A stretch of 64,000 nt of DNA from Phoronis australis. Taxonomy: Eukaryota > Animalia > Phoronida. Below the pieces are notes generated by a model, which was not told the DNA's origin, searched no databases, and saw nothing but the letters and a program-made list of their open reading frames with translations. A program made the translations under genes and the position numbers. Location: assembly GCA_002633005.1 (NCBI GenBank), contig NMRA01000986.1:13999-77998 (forward strand), read 5' to 3'. Positions 37,480 through 51,505 of the stretch are shown one piece after another (position 1 is the stretch's first letter; the number at the start of each line of letters is the position of its first letter).

Positions 37480-38481
37480 AATTGTCCCTTCGTCTCCCTA
37501 TGAATGTAAGTCTGACACTGCCAAGAATTCACGGAGGGAAGTTAAGATTTAAAATTCATCAAAAACACGAAATAATCGTCCACAGTGCAGCAGTATTAAG
37601 ACACTACACTCAATCAACCGAAAGTGCCCTTTCGCTGTGTGATGAATCTTTGAACGCAATTGTCACGCCCTTAATGCTGGGAGTTAAGCCCAGTGACCTC
37701 TTACTAGGATCTGCCAATTATTGTGCTTTGTGAACCTCTTCATTCTTCGTGCCATGGGCATTGTATCTGGGCTGTGTTTCGTGCCGTCTTTACCACGTTA
37801 TAATAAATTTATTGTAATATCCAGAAGGCAGCTTACCTAAGCCTAAAAAACGATTGACATACCAACCTGGACTCACCAAGCCAGCGCTGTTTAGTGAGTG
37901 TTTACTTTTTGTGTGGTTCTCAGTTGTTTGAAACAGTGTTTGCTGGTGTGTGCAGGTGCCTTCTCCGATCAATCCAGGTTCGACTACGGAACTGTGATTT
38001 GAGTTGTCAATTTGAATCCACGGTGGGACATAATAATCCACCCTCCGGCATGGATCCTACAACAGTGATGTCCATCAAATCAAAATCTAAAACCTGCAGC
38101 AAGGGGTGTGCTCAATATGGAACATATTTTATCTTCAAATACCAACAAGGATACCTTATATATGCTTATATAAAATGTGGCAACATGTTCCAACTTTGGA
38201 CGAGACCTTGGCATTTGCTTCACTTATCGGGAAAAGCTCTAGTTACTATTCCAGAACGTTGGCAACCTGGCCTCTGATCACGAAGCAGCTGACACCGAAA
38301 TGCTTTTCATGCAAGTTATTCATACACCTGTATGAAAGCGTCACTATTCGAAGTTATTCTTCAGTACAAAATGTGGAAGGAAGAATAACTGCGGACTAAC
38401 TGATGTTGAGAAAGCTAATGACAATACATTGTATGTCATCTGACGTCTGCTCAGCTCTGATTGGCTTGCATGTCTTTACAG
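37480..38481 (+). mobile_element. Degenerate Academ transposase fragment
   Basis: LASDHEAADTEMLF (~38267-38310; cf. L.S.HEEADTR.LLHA) and DVCSALIGLHVFTG| ending at a GTAAG donor (~38442-38481; cf. ALLGLHAFTGCD); many stops and frameshifts. Confidence 0.75.
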
Positions 38482-38629
38482 GTAAGGGTTAGTCTAATTT
38501 CATTCAAATTCGTATGACATATCAGGTTATTCTAAATTTATTTTGATGAAATAAGATTGATTAAACAAAAATCAAAAATCCACTATATGCAAACTTGTTA
38601 AGAGTCATTGCATGAGAAAGTCAGGCAGA

Positions 38630-41585
38630 TGCGGGAACATGACATATCACGGATTTTTTTTTGAAATATAGCTTAGTTTTACTCTTAGGTGGAATGGTCA
38701 ACACCTAAAATAATTTTATTTAAAACATCTAACTTCTTCACAGAAAACTGCCACCTCGAAATTTTTGGCTAGTTTATGGCTTCGGAAACCATCAAATTTT
38801 AGCATTTTTGTTGCATCACTGTGCAAAAACGACAAATAAACAGAAACTATAGAAATTTTTTGTCAACACCATACAAACACAGAAGAAACAGAAAGTGCTC
38901 TGGCATTATGGTTCCAGGGATGTTGATAATATGTAATATATAAAATAAAAAACCTTTAGGTGGTGCAGCATACATTATATTCGTCTGAAACAAGACAATC
39001 GCTGTCACATTCTTGCCAAATTCCATACATCAAGATACTTGGTTGATACAGAACCGCTAGAGGATGCAACAACACTCAGACATGTCCTAAAATTTATGCC
39101 GGGCATACTCTCCTCAGTAATGTAACACATACATCAAATTGCACCCAGATTCATCAAAAGAACTTTGTAAATATTGCAGTGCAGATAAACAATCAAATTG
39201 CCACTCCGGGCGTCTCGGTGATTGCACCCATCAGAAAACCTGTCAGTCGTGATCATCTCAATAGGAACACATGAGCAAAATTTCAGAGCTATCCTCCGAG
39301 CAATTTTAAGGACATAGCGGCTGCTGGCAGAAAAAAATAATATTTAGTTGCACAGAATGTTTTAAATCAAGCCGAAAATAGCTTCAACACAACAAATATA
39401 CCATATTGCACGAAAATACATCAATAAACTTGGTAGATATAGAGGCATACATAAAGAAAACCTAAATTGCCCTTAAGCAGTGCTGTGGTGGCATGCAGGC
39501 ACAGGTAGGCGCAACCAACCACCTTTTGGCATTTGAACGTAGTGCCTACGCACCATAAGTTACGCTCAGTGCTCAAGATGATACGGTGGGCTTTGGGCGC
39601 CTACTTACCTTAAAGTTTACCCCTACAACACTGCCATTAAAGGGCACCATAGGAGATCGTCCAATCAACAATCAGTGTCAGTCGTGCTCATCTCAATGGC
39701 AATGTTTCTGTACAGATTACATAGATACGCCAGGAAGTAGTCCATTGGCATGCTACCAGAACAACAATTGTCAAATACTTTTGAACACCACTACACACCT
39801 AATTGTAAGCTGATTCCTGTTCACACAAATCAAACACAGCTTTTGCAACCAATAATCAATTCAAAAACTCACGTGACTAAGAATCATATGCATGACTCAG
39901 GGAAGAGTGTGTGAGGACCGTTTAAAGGTAACGAAGCTGGATGCAACACCAGGAGCCATGCTTTTTGGATGGTATCCATGTTTTGTTAAATCACAAAATG
40001 AGCTTACAAAATCCAAATGCTGTGGTCATAAGTGAGTTGTACTGTTTGAATGGTCTGATTGATGCATTAATCCACGAAAAAAAATCCAGCATAAATTTGT
40101 GCGAATGTCCAAGCCATGGCTGCGTAGGCTGTTGAGTAGCATGTTCCACAACAGCTTCCTTTTTTGTTGGGTTGTAATACAGGTATAAAACATCACACAG
40201 CGCATTTCCATGTTGACAATTAAGTCAACTTGGAACAGTCAGTGGCTAAAATGCACAACAAAAGTTATATGTCAAACTTATGGATTCCGCAACCACTAGT
40301 TCCACTGGTTTGCAATCAGAAGAAGGATTAGCCAAAACCACCCCATCTCCGATCCCATATGCTTTCAAAGCAACCACTTTTCTAGTTGAATTAGGTGACT
40401 TAGTTGTAAGCATTAGAGCACAAGTCCTTTTTAAAAATCAAATTATGAAAGAATATTCCATTCCATCAAATACTTAACTTTTGTTTCAGACCTCATACAC
40501 AACTGAAACTAGTTCTCAGATGGTATGACTAATCACAGTGAGATTTCTGAGAAAAATATGAATTGTTACGTAGCTCACCATCAAATGGGAAGTTAAGTTT
40601 ACGTAGTCCTGGGATTGAGTGGTGAACACCCTTTGCATTCCTTGGGCTGCAAACGTACACCTTGGCTTACAACCTAGATACTGTCACATACGGTGCTTTG
40701 GACAATCTTTTGTTCTAACAGGCTGGCCAGTTCCTTTGTCTTTCACACTCCCATTCGTGCCAGATTGCCAATCAACTCCTATTCTTCCAAGTGATCTAGT
40801 GCGTTAACACTTTTCAAGTATTTTACAATATCTTTGTTGTAAGTAACACAGCGGCTCGCTGGCTTTGCCGATTCCCTTCAGAGCATGACCTATTTTCGTG
40901 AACCACATTCCGTTTCTTAGCTAATGTGAATAACGCAATATTTCGCTCAAATAATGCTCGAAGCAATTCTGGTTATCTTGAATAAAATTTAATATGATTT
41001 TTTATTACGATTTACTTCCAATTTGGACCATATTTTTCATATTTTCTGCTTTGCCGCCCTCTATTGGTGGCAGTATGAAACAGGTGGAAGTGGTGAAAGT
41101 GCCTTCCCCAAAGTGTAAATTCGAGAATTAAAGAAGGTGCTGTCCACGGAAAGAACGATATCTTTTCAAAGACGAGAGCTGTAGCTATCACAAAACCCAT
41201 GTGTGGGTGGTGTGCGTTTTTGGGCGCTTGAATTACCTAGGCCTCTATATAGGTCTAAATTGGTAACTGTATTTGGCCCGTGGTGGCAAGGCATTCAAAC
41301 GTTCCTTAAAAATGTAAAAATATGTCATTCTGAATTATTTTTGGCATTCTCAGTTTTTATTTTTTAAACTCCCGCAAAGTGGTTTAATACCCATGGAAAC
41401 ATACCGCAATTTCAACAGTCGCGCACAAGGGGTTAGGTCATTTTTTTCACCCGTTTTAGTTATTCGTTATATATTTACAAACTGACGAATGAAAAAACTA
41501 ATTTTTATATTTTTGTAGCTAATTCACCCCAAGTGATATATGTACCATATCAAATTCAAAATTCGTGACATGTCATGTTCCCATA
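38630..41585 (-). mobile_element. Unclassified TIR DNA transposon with decayed coding remnants
   Basis: TIR GGGAACATGACAT(A/G)TCACG(G/A)ATTTT at 38633 and inverted ending 41582, with weaker similarity continuing inward; flanks AGA/ATA; minus-strand Cys/His remnant DCPKHR..YLGCKPRC near 40650-40710. Confidence 0.65.
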
Positions 41586-44084
41586 ATATTGCAAATTGCC
41601 TGACGTTCTCGTGCAGTGACTCTGAATCATTTGTTAATAACAATAACACGCCACTTACACTTGTACAGAATAAATATTTATATACAGTAAATTTCATTGT
41701 AAAAACTATATAAGGGCACCAAACTCGCTTTTGCCAACAAAATTCTTATTGCACTAACACTTTTTGCCGAGCTTAGACAAAGACCATCTGCTTCGAACCC
41801 TGGGAATTCCTTTTTATGACAGAATGAGGATTAGTTGGAAATGGACTTTAATTCTTACCATCTACATAAATTTATTCAGGTGCGGTCCCAAAACAGGTTT
41901 TTGTATTCAATCGTTAAAAGTGAATTTAACACCCCTTTAAATTGATACTGAACGTGATGTGATGATTTTATATACATGTGGTAGTACTTGTGCAATCTTT
42001 GGAAAAAAGTGAATTGCAGCTGGCATTGTCATATTCAATTTTTCTGAAAGTGTTCCAAGAGCTGGGTGCTGATTTCTAGCTGTCCTAAAGCCTCATCCCT
42101 TCTCCCGAATTATTTGTGTGCAAATTTTATGGTCAGAATTGACACAGTGTCAATAAAGCGAGATGCAATAGATTTTGTATTCTACATTCACCTGAACAAT
42201 ACTGAGTATCAATAACACAATTTAATTTATGAATCATATAAAGTTAGGTAACTACCAAGCAAAGATCCATCGCTAGTTCCATTCATGGTTGGAAAGTTGA
42301 TGACACAGTGTTCATGTTTGCATTTCTACCGAGTCAGTACCGAGTGATGCTTCAAATCAGTAAAGACTACACATGTACAACAAGCCAATGCTCAGTAAAA
42401 CCTAGCTCCTGTTTTGTTTTAAATCCGTCGTTCTGCAATCGGTGTTGGTATTTTAACTGCGAGAACAGTGGTCCTACCGATGTTATTTTGGATGATACTG
42501 ATGGTGATGACGATTTTGATGAACTTTAGAAACATGTGTGTATGACAGAAGCATGTGTTTTCATGAATGTCAGCAAAAATAAGTAAATACGTAAATAATT
42601 TGCCTTTGAGCGAAATTTCTGTAAAATTTTGCAGGAAATGTGTCCAATTTTGGGAAACTATTAAACAGCAGTTTCAATAAATTTCCGAGCTCTATTGACA
42701 CTTGATTGAGCTCATGTTCAGGTAGAATTTCAGTAGAACGACATTTTGACTGCTTGCTTTTGAAAAAAACTCTTTTTTTCTAAAACTGACTCATTAAAAA
42801 ACAGGGTGCGCTTTTTCTCATTAGTATTGAATATAAAACCTAGAAACCTATATTTCTACTTTGATAAACATTTTGATGAACAACATGCCCTAAACTTATA
42901 AAATACTTTAAGCAGTTTTGTTGTTTCTGTCTGATTCTGAAATGTGAAAGTGATGCTTGCTGTTTTCAATGGGGCAAAGTGCTGTTTTTAATCAAGTAGT
43001 CAATAAAATTTGGTGAAAATGAATTAAATCTTTGAATCAAATATTCTTATCGAAAGAAATGCAAAAGCCTTATGTTGTTACCATACCCTCGTTAGAGTAA
43101 TTTTCTAAGCGTTATGAAGACGTAAAAAAATGACAAAATTCATTAAAATTGACTGAAAACCAAATTTCAAAGTCGGTTTCAAGAAAAAAATCTCAATTGG
43201 CTTTGTTTGTTTTCATTTTGAGCACATAGTCATATTGTGTTTTGGTGTAAAACGATGGCTTTACTGGTGTTAAAACTTAAATAACTTTTGACAAAAACGC
43301 AAACGGAGCTTTGAGCTAACCAAATAGGAACAGGAGCGGTTAACTCCAACCAACATTTTAGTTTTAATTTGTAAAAAATGATATAGAACTGTGAGGTTTG
43401 TGTTTTATACGTGTATTTTACACATGTTGTGCAGCACACCAAAGTGAAAAAACTATTGGAATATGAATACATTGTGTGTTTCTATGGTTACAATTAACAT
43501 CATGGAGTTTTTACGTCAGGTAGTTTGCAATTTCTTGCCGGGAGAGTATTTTCAAACTTTGCTTGTGACAAATCGTAAAGAGATAAGTTTTTCAAATTCC
43601 TCGATTGTGTCAATTGGTACATGTATATTCTGTTTGTAAAACTGACCTGAAACGTAATATGTACGTTTAAGTTACACACTGAGAAGAAGGTAAAATGGAC
43701 ATAATATGTCTAGTTGTATGGACATGTAAGCATTTTTTATGTTACATCAGATGGTTAGATGTTTTGATATTAAGGTTTGATACTATGGATATTATCTCAT
43801 TGGTAAATTTTTGTGCATAGATGCATTCAAACCTACAATTGATGTCTTATTCTTTCTTAAAGTCTATTGCAAAAACGGGAAAAAGTCAGATTTTTCATTT
43901 TTTGGCAATACGGGCGTAACGTAAACATGCCGTAACTCGAAAAAGAACCAAGGTCACACGGGGATTTTTGGCACAGCGTTTGGCAATGTTTTGGGTACTA
44001 GAAAGTGGCCTCAAACTGTAGTTTGTGGATCTGTGCTACGGAAGTTGTTTTCCAAGGCTCTTTTTGATAACACATGAGCTAGGC

Positions 44085-44430
44085 TTATTTACATAACGAC
44101 TAGTTTCCAAGTCCGATAGGAGTTTTTCTGCACTGAACTAAAACAAAAAGATGGTTTCGGAACGAGATAAGTTAGGCTTCACACAGGGTTCAGCTAAAAC
44201 TCGTGCTTAAATAAAATGCAGGTTCTTAACTTGGGTTTTGTTACAACAGACTCAGCCCAAACATGTTTCGAGTATTCAAATAGTTTGTTTCTAGCATCTA
44301 CTGTGTTACAAGTAGTAAAATTTTGAAAACATGATTGCCTGCCAGTTATGATAAACGAATTTTTAATACCGTGCATCCAACCATAGTCTACCAAAAGTGT
44401 ACTCGTAATAGTAATTTTAACACGGAATGT
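44085..44430 (-). mobile_element. Non-LTR retrotransposon ORF2 C-terminal remnant (RTEX-like)
   Basis: WAESVVTKPKLRTCILFKHEF..EPCVKPNLSR.....F.AEKL...LETSRY resembles the KPKLRTY..FK..F..E.YV..NL.R..RS...FR.G.LPL.IETGRY motif. Confidence 0.7.
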
Positions 44431-44524
44431 TGAGCATGTCTTCCCTAAATTTCTTCCAGAAGCTTCATTTAACATATCACTACCTGCGACCACTGGTTAT
44501 CTGCTATCCAAGGTGTGAGACTCT

Positions 44525-44695
44525 CCACTTGTTGGTGACAGTCCTGTTTAGTGAATCTTCGAACTACACACACTGTATTGGGGCAGTGTACTTGCTGGTC
44601 ACAGTCCCTCGCGACGCAACACTTGCAGGTCATTTCTTTTACCTCGATTCTTCTCGCTGGTCACAGTCTATGGTGACGCAACACTTCAGGTGATA
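44525..44695. repeat. Three diverged ~62 bp direct repeats (CTTG(C/T)TGGT.ACAGTC...GACGCAACACTT)
   Basis: Direct reading at ~44528, ~44591 and ~44652. Confidence 0.6.
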
Positions 44696-46249
44696 TCTTA
44701 CTACCCACGAGTCAATCGACAAGCTCTTGGTTAAGTTCCTGTTCGTTAACCCTTGCCCTTGCCAAGACCCTTTCTAGAATCTTCCGCGAGATGGCTCTGC
44801 TGTACAGTTTCCTCTGTACACTGTAGCAAGACTTTATGCTTCAAGTACTGTAGCTCATCTGAATAACTTCTTGATTTAACACAAATTGTAATATTCTACT
44901 AATTTAGCGGTTGGCTAATTAAAAACACATGATGATAACAAATCGTGTCATTGGCTGTTACGGTTTGTAAACACCATCTAAAAATAGATTTTGACGTCAA
45001 AGTACATAAGCACAAATTTTGGGTAACTTAAAATGGATCAATTCTTACTAAATACTTAATCAATATTTATTTTGACAAAACCCCAACTGTTTACATTCTC
45101 TTTGAGAAGCAAAACTCTGATGTTCAAATCCTCGCTTTGAAACCGTATATTGGACAGGATTTGATTATGTAATCAGCTTTCATCATTGACGTACCAGATG
45201 AGTATTAATTGGGAATTTTTCCTCAGGTCAGCGTTCTTGTACATAAGTCTCTCCCTCAACAAAAAGTCAACATACATGTAGCCTATTTTTTAGTGTTCAC
45301 AACGTCATTGCCCTGAAACTTGAATCATAGTTCTCTGTAGTTAAACAATACCACATTGCCGTCTGACAGTTTGTGTGGCATGTTTGTTGACCACTGCTTC
45401 CCGATAATGTCTCTTTACAACTATATGCGTTTGTATAATCCCCTCTTAAAGCACCCTTCCAGGCCTATGATTTCAAAGGACAATACCAGGTCCTCCACTT
45501 TTCAAAAGTAACTCGAAATATCTGAGATTCGATTCATGCGGCTATACACTGTTTTAAAGTAATGTGCAAAAACTCATGAAACTTCACCAAATAAACCCAT
45601 TGAATAGAAAAAGATGCTAAAAACTAAAATCAATTTTGGAACTATAAAGGCTAGCAAAATGACTGAAATGAAAGGAAATTTAATTTGCCACTACTTGGAA
45701 TCAAAAGACCAAATCGGCTAACACGATCCTGCAATGACACATGACCCGAATTTTGTGTTTAATCAAACGTCAATTAGAACAAGGACTCAGCAGTTTGCTT
45801 TTGCATTGAATGCAAATATTCGTCCGAAAAAAGAAAATATTAGTTATTTTTAGGATCACCAGATGTAAAGGAAAGAACACGAAAAATAAACACTGTACAT
45901 TTGCGTTTTAAGTGGACGCAAACGAAGATTCTTCTGAAGTGCTTGACAAGGAAAGAAACTGAAAATGAGAGCTTATAAACTTAATCACGTATAACAAGAA
46001 AAGGACGAGGAAACTGATGCAGCATACATGTATAAGCGCAAAGGAGACTCACAGCTGGGAAATGGTCGTCTCTAGTAAGGGAAATAGCGGAAAATAAACG
46101 AAGACTACGTACCAGTGGTGTCATCATGAACTCACATATTTTCTGTCAAACATTTGAAAAGTAAATGTACATTTGATGGCAAAAAACAAATACTCTTTAA
46201 TAACTTTACCATATTCAACCTTCACAGTGATTTCATTCAAACATTTCAG

Positions 46250-47400
46250 TTTGTTGTGCCAAATTTTAATAGCAAATCGATCATTTATTGGGACAGTGCC
46301 TCTGCAAAGTTTACAAGTTTGTTAACACTGAAAAGGTCTTCGAGTAAGGACTCTCTGAACCCCATGAACAAGTGGATGAGGGAAATTATAATGCAACTGC
46401 ATGGACCATCAGCTCACAAACTGTCAGTTGAAGGTGAATTGGATTTGGTGAAACTGAGAAAGGGATTGTTAAACATTGACCCTTCTCATAGATTCCGCAG
46501 GTCGGAAAGTGCTGTTATTAACATTTAGTTTCATGGATAATTTTATGCTGTTTTGAGAGGTCAGAAGATGTGACCTCGCAGGAGTGTGGTTTTAAACAAT
46601 GTAAGACGAGACCTTTTAGGAAAAGCTCAGTGGTTCCCTGCGTGCCGCTAGGTGGGGCGGTAGCCGCGCCAGCACGCCGGTATCACTTAATTTTCCTCGG
46701 GAATGTTTTCCCCCCGTTTTTCTGATTGGCTAGTCGAATTTTCCACAAGCAGCGCTTTACGCAAACAAACTGGGATGACTGATGGACTGAAATTTAAATG
46801 TGGTCTGTTGTACAGACAAACCGGTGCTTAAAATTTATGTTCAGGAAATGTGAAGCCTTTAAATTATGACTGCGCCTTTTCGGAATGCATCTTTCTACTG
46901 TCGATGACGTTTGTTTAGTATAGTTTCCTGTATTTATAAAGTATGAATAACACACCGGTTAAATCGGCCAGATATGTGTTTACGGTATTGTACATGTATG
47001 TGCTTGAAGCACGCGGCTATTAAACATCACTGCAGAAACAAAATAGTTGCTGCGACGCCACTTGCATGACAAACCTAAAAATCGTTCCACAGTCCGCCAT
47101 TTTCACGGAGTTGTAAAGCTAACGAATGACTGCCGAGGTTACATCGACCAATGCTAAAGGACGTGCCACTGCGAGATACCTGCGTTTTGGCTGGGCTATG
47201 CACGCAGGGAACCAATGTGTTAGGAAAAGTATCCAGATAGCACTTTAATTACTGATGCCACCTACTGTAGTTACAAATACAAGTTCCCAGTTCTTTGCAA
47301 AAACATACCGAAAGCTACAGTACATATATAACTGTAAATACACACAGCTTGAGTTCGTGTCAACCGACACCTCTGGAAAGTTTCTCAGAGATTTTGTTCA
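46250..47400 (+). mobile_element. ISL2EU/Harbinger-group DDE transposase pseudogene, split by a MITE
   Basis: HKLSVEGEL.LVKLRKGLLNID.SHRFR.SESAV.NI (HTH_Tnp_4-like) before the insertion; EKYPDSTLITDAT.LQIQVPSSLQKHTESYSTY after it (cf. YP.TR.IIDCTE..IQ.PSSL..QS..YS.YK). Confidence 0.8.
46626..47219. mobile_element. Mutator-like non-autonomous element with 10 bp TSD
   Basis: TIR C(T/A)CA(G/T)TGGTTCCCTGCGTGC at both ends; TTAGGAAAAG duplicated at 46616-46625 and 47220-47229. Superfamily inferred from TSD length only. Confidence 0.8.
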
Positions 47401-50106
47401 GTCTTTTAGGATGATACTGGAACTACGGTAGCAATCCATAGAATGTTTGCAGCAAGAACAAAACGAAGAATTAGAAAACGTCCTTGCAATACACAGAAAC
47501 GACCGACATGACTGCCCCGAATGCAGACTGACTTCCTTGGTAAAGTTCCTTGCTTCACTGGCCACACATAGTGAAGCTCGAGGTCATCACTGTGTAGTGA
47601 TATCACGGATTGTTCCTTTTGTTGTTGCAGCCTGTTCAACAATGCTGCAGTATTAATTTGATGTTGATTTAACATTGCTCTGAATCGCTGCTCATTTAAG
47701 CGAGATGAGTTGTCACCAAACTTTTCTTGGTCTAATTAAGTATGAACTTCAGAAACAACACTCCCCTAAAGGCCCCCTAAACCTACTCGCAAACGGTCTA
47801 AAAGCTCACCCATTCTCGTGAAATTTTCTTTGGTTTGTCCCCAAGAAGTCCGCTTGCGTGTGAAAAGGGCTGCGATATTGGCCGCAGCAAACAGGGGAAT
47901 GGTAACAACAGAGAAGGGCTGCGTGTTGGTCACAGAGGATAATCTGAAGTTTGTGTCCTAGACCTCCACTGATGATACCTTTCACTTGGCCAGTGAGTAC
48001 AGAGAATATGGTTTTCTTCCTCATGTACAAAACGTACATGTATAAAAATAACATTCCTGACCCGCTTGGCATTCCTCGATCCCGACATCCATTGTTCTCC
48101 AGGTATAATTGAGGTTCATAGTATACAGTGAAACATGACTCTTTAGTGACGTCATAGGGTTTTTACAATGACGAATCGAAACCTGGAAAAACAACTCACG
48201 TCGCCAAACCTGACCCAGAAACAAAGGTACCTTGATACAAGATGGCAGCAAATGAGGATTTTGGCGGTTCCCGTTACCTACGAGTGAGTGGTGAAGTTAC
48301 GAAAAAGGTGGGAATAAATTCATTATCTCATTATATCGCCTGTGCCTTCGTAATTTAGTCTACTAAACATTGCAAGTTGAATACCTTCATTATAACTAGT
48401 TGCTGTTGACATGTAAGTTTGTATTTCCGTTACCAAAAAGAATACCGAAACTTCCCCCGACTCCAGAAAACGGTTTGGGACCATGAACTGAACGGATACA
48501 ATGTACAGTCACGTGCTGTCTAGAAATGTCACTACAAAAGTGCGTGTGACGTGATATTTGTGACATGATCAAAGCCATGTGTACTTTTCATAGACTAGTA
48601 GGCCCCTTCTGAGTGGAATCCGATGTTTTGTAAACAAAAGAGTAAAGTATTTGATTCAAGTCCTTATCTCTGAGGGTTAATCAAATTCAAAAACTTGAAC
48701 ATGAAAGCTAAATTAAAGAATATATAATTTGGTATGTTGTTTACCTCTTTTCAGTTATCAAGCTAAATGCCTTTTGAGATCTTTGGACTTCAGTTAAGGG
48801 TGCACGGAACAGTTATCACTGGGGCTTTCCTACATGTATCTGAAAAGACGTCAATGCATTCGTAACTATTTTCACGTTTTCAAAACTGTATGTAAAAATT
48901 GAAAACTTTTGAGTCCTTTCACGTCAAATGCTGGCAAGCTGAAGATATATATATATACATTATCAGTGAAAGCTCATCCAGGGAATAAGAAAATTTTTAG
49001 TAATAAAATATCCGCATGCCTTTCTTTGTTATTTTGGCATTCGAAGCTTAATTACGAGAAGACTGCTAAGCTTAAATCAGATATGCTGGGCAATTCCATC
49101 TATGAAGCTAGATTTCACCCGTTCCCAGTGTCGGTTCTTATTTTGTTAACACAACTACAATGATTTATTGGTGTTACTGCCTTGGGTTAATTTTTTCAAA
49201 TAAGTTTTTCCATACCTTTTGTCAGTCCATGAAAGACAAGAAAAGCGCTGTGGTTGCTGGCTCATTCATGAGTACACGCGCTCCATGACAACTGTGAGTC
49301 ATTGTACAAGCAAGTGGTCCTGGACAGCTCTTTCACAAGCTGGGTAAATAGAACGTTGCACGTGTATTGCTGGGTCAGGTGCATCGTACAAGCACCTTAT
49401 ATGGTTGCAATATACGAGAAATGTTATTGCCCGGAGGATATTTATTTTTTAAATATATTGCAATGAAACCTAATGCTTGCCCATGCAGTGTAGGCGTTAC
49501 TTTTTGACTTCAGAATGTAAAATAACAAAACAACCCAGTAGTAACATCAAAACTAACACCAAGTAGGTCTTTTCCGTCCACATACGAAGAAGTATGTTCG
49601 CCTGTTGGATTCACTGCATACAATGTACAAGTATATCTGTGTATATACACCCAAGTTGTGAAGTAAGCAAAAGGTATTTCAAGTATTTTACGTTGGCATG
49701 ACAACCGAATATTCCAAAGTTCCCAAAAGTGCCTTATTCAATCACTTTATAGAATCAGACCATTGTATTGCTTTTAATTAGGTTAATATTCTAAACCATG
49801 ATAAGAATAGAACTAATTTCAGTGAGTTGCATGCTGAGTAAAGTCGGAATAGGAATATATGGGCTTTCAACATCCAAACGTGGCACTGCATGTAGACAGT
49901 TCAGTTCATTTTACTGGATGTCTGTCTACTTGTCACCTGTATTATGCTCTTTGATGCTTAGTTTATTGTTATTGTAAAGTGACCGAGAGCATGACTGGTA
50001 TCTGGTGATCAATGGTTGACAATGGTCATCACTTTCGTCAGCAGTAGAACCGACCTAAATTTGTCAAAGTGAACTGACGGAAATGGAAAGTTCACGATTC
50101 ACTGAA

Positions 50107-51505
50107 CCAGGGCCCGGTCTCCAATCTCCGTACTCAGACTCGAATCATGCTCAAACTCACACTTCATACTCAACTCGAGTACAGACTCAGCTTTGGTGTA
50201 TTCAATGTTATACTCGAAAAATCTGTACTCGAAATTTCGAGCACGTACTCAGTTTTCGAGTGTACTCGAACTGAAGTGTATCTCATCTATATTTCGAGTA
50301 CGATTTTGAGTAAAAATTCGGAGTCTATGCTCAAATTTCAAGTTTGGTATGACAGTGTGCTTGAAATCGTACTCGAAAATAAATACGAGCCAGAGAACAA
50401 AATATCGAAAGGGAACCAAGAAACACAGCAAATCTAAAAAAATAAGTCCTCTTACCGTATCTCAGCACTTCAATTTCAGTTCAGAGATAATAGTTTTCAT
50501 CTTAAATCTTCTTATTCTTCACCTTATTAACCCGCCGTATAACTGTATGTTATGGCCGCCATTCTACCTCTACAATTCCTGGCAACAGGCGCATTGTAAT
50601 CCCTTGTCGGCGAGTCATAACAAGCGTCGAAAGCAGTTGTGGGAAAAGTCGTGTGAGAAGTTTGTGCTGCCCTTATTTCGGTATGTGTGCCTACGTTTTG
50701 TAGGGTTTCCAAAAGACGAGGAGGGGAGGGAAGTTAAAAAAAGTTCGCTTCCCTGTCAGGTACATTTCTCATCATAACTTAGTCATCTATAATTCCTCAA
50801 TCCCCAAATGGAATTCCAGATTTTGTTTGCCGATTTCTAAGTAGACGTCTCGTCCCGTTCACTGCCACTGGTGAACTCTGAATGCCTGCACAAGTATTGT
50901 TTTTTAACTCACGTGCCAAATGTCAACTCACTTGATACATCCCGGTAAAATACAAAGATACAGTATCAAAGTTTGACATCAGCGTAGGCCTACACAGCAA
51001 TGGGTTTTATGTCAAGACTAAATTAGCAACAGAGATGTGATGTGATAAGCTGTTACAAATTTCTTTTAAAAGACGTTTTCGGGACTGGGTGAGGAACTCA
51101 AGAAGTGAAGCTTAATAATTGCCAAATGTATCAAAGAAATGGCATAAGAATATTTATTGAAACTAAAAAATGAATAACAGTTACAGAACACTCAGAATTC
51201 CACGTTATAGACATACTCTTGTAGTTGTAGCGACAGCAGACGATAATGTAGGCCTAGTTCTTGGAGTGGTCTATTCCAATAGAGAGCGATGAATCAGCGC
51301 GGCTTTGCGTGATTTTGCATTTCACATCATAAAGAGTTCCATAGCAACTCGAGTATGAGTGTCAGATTTGAGTACGTTTGGAGTCTACTCGAAATACGAC
51401 ATTAGATACGCTTTTCTGAGTGCGACTCCAGTGAGCACGATTTTGAGTATGAAATCTCGAGTATGAGTATGAGTCTGAGTACGGAGATTGGAGACCGGGC
51501 CCTGG
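50107..51505. mobile_element. Non-autonomous TIR element, Harbinger-like (CWG|GGCCCGG termini)
   Basis: Perfect 35 bp inverted repeat CCAGGGCCCGGTCTCCAATCTCCGTACTCAGACTC at 50107-50141 and 51471-51505; subterminal ACTCGAG/ACTCGAAA arrays. Confidence 0.85.

Noticed and set aside
41600-44070. Further transposon or exons
   Set aside because: Looks like transposon subterminal sequence with decayed coding patches, but no paired ends or motif could be established.
47800-48650. SWIM/THAP-like remnants on the minus strand as second ORF of the ISL2EU element
   Set aside because: Only scattered partial motifs in different frames; too degenerate to call.
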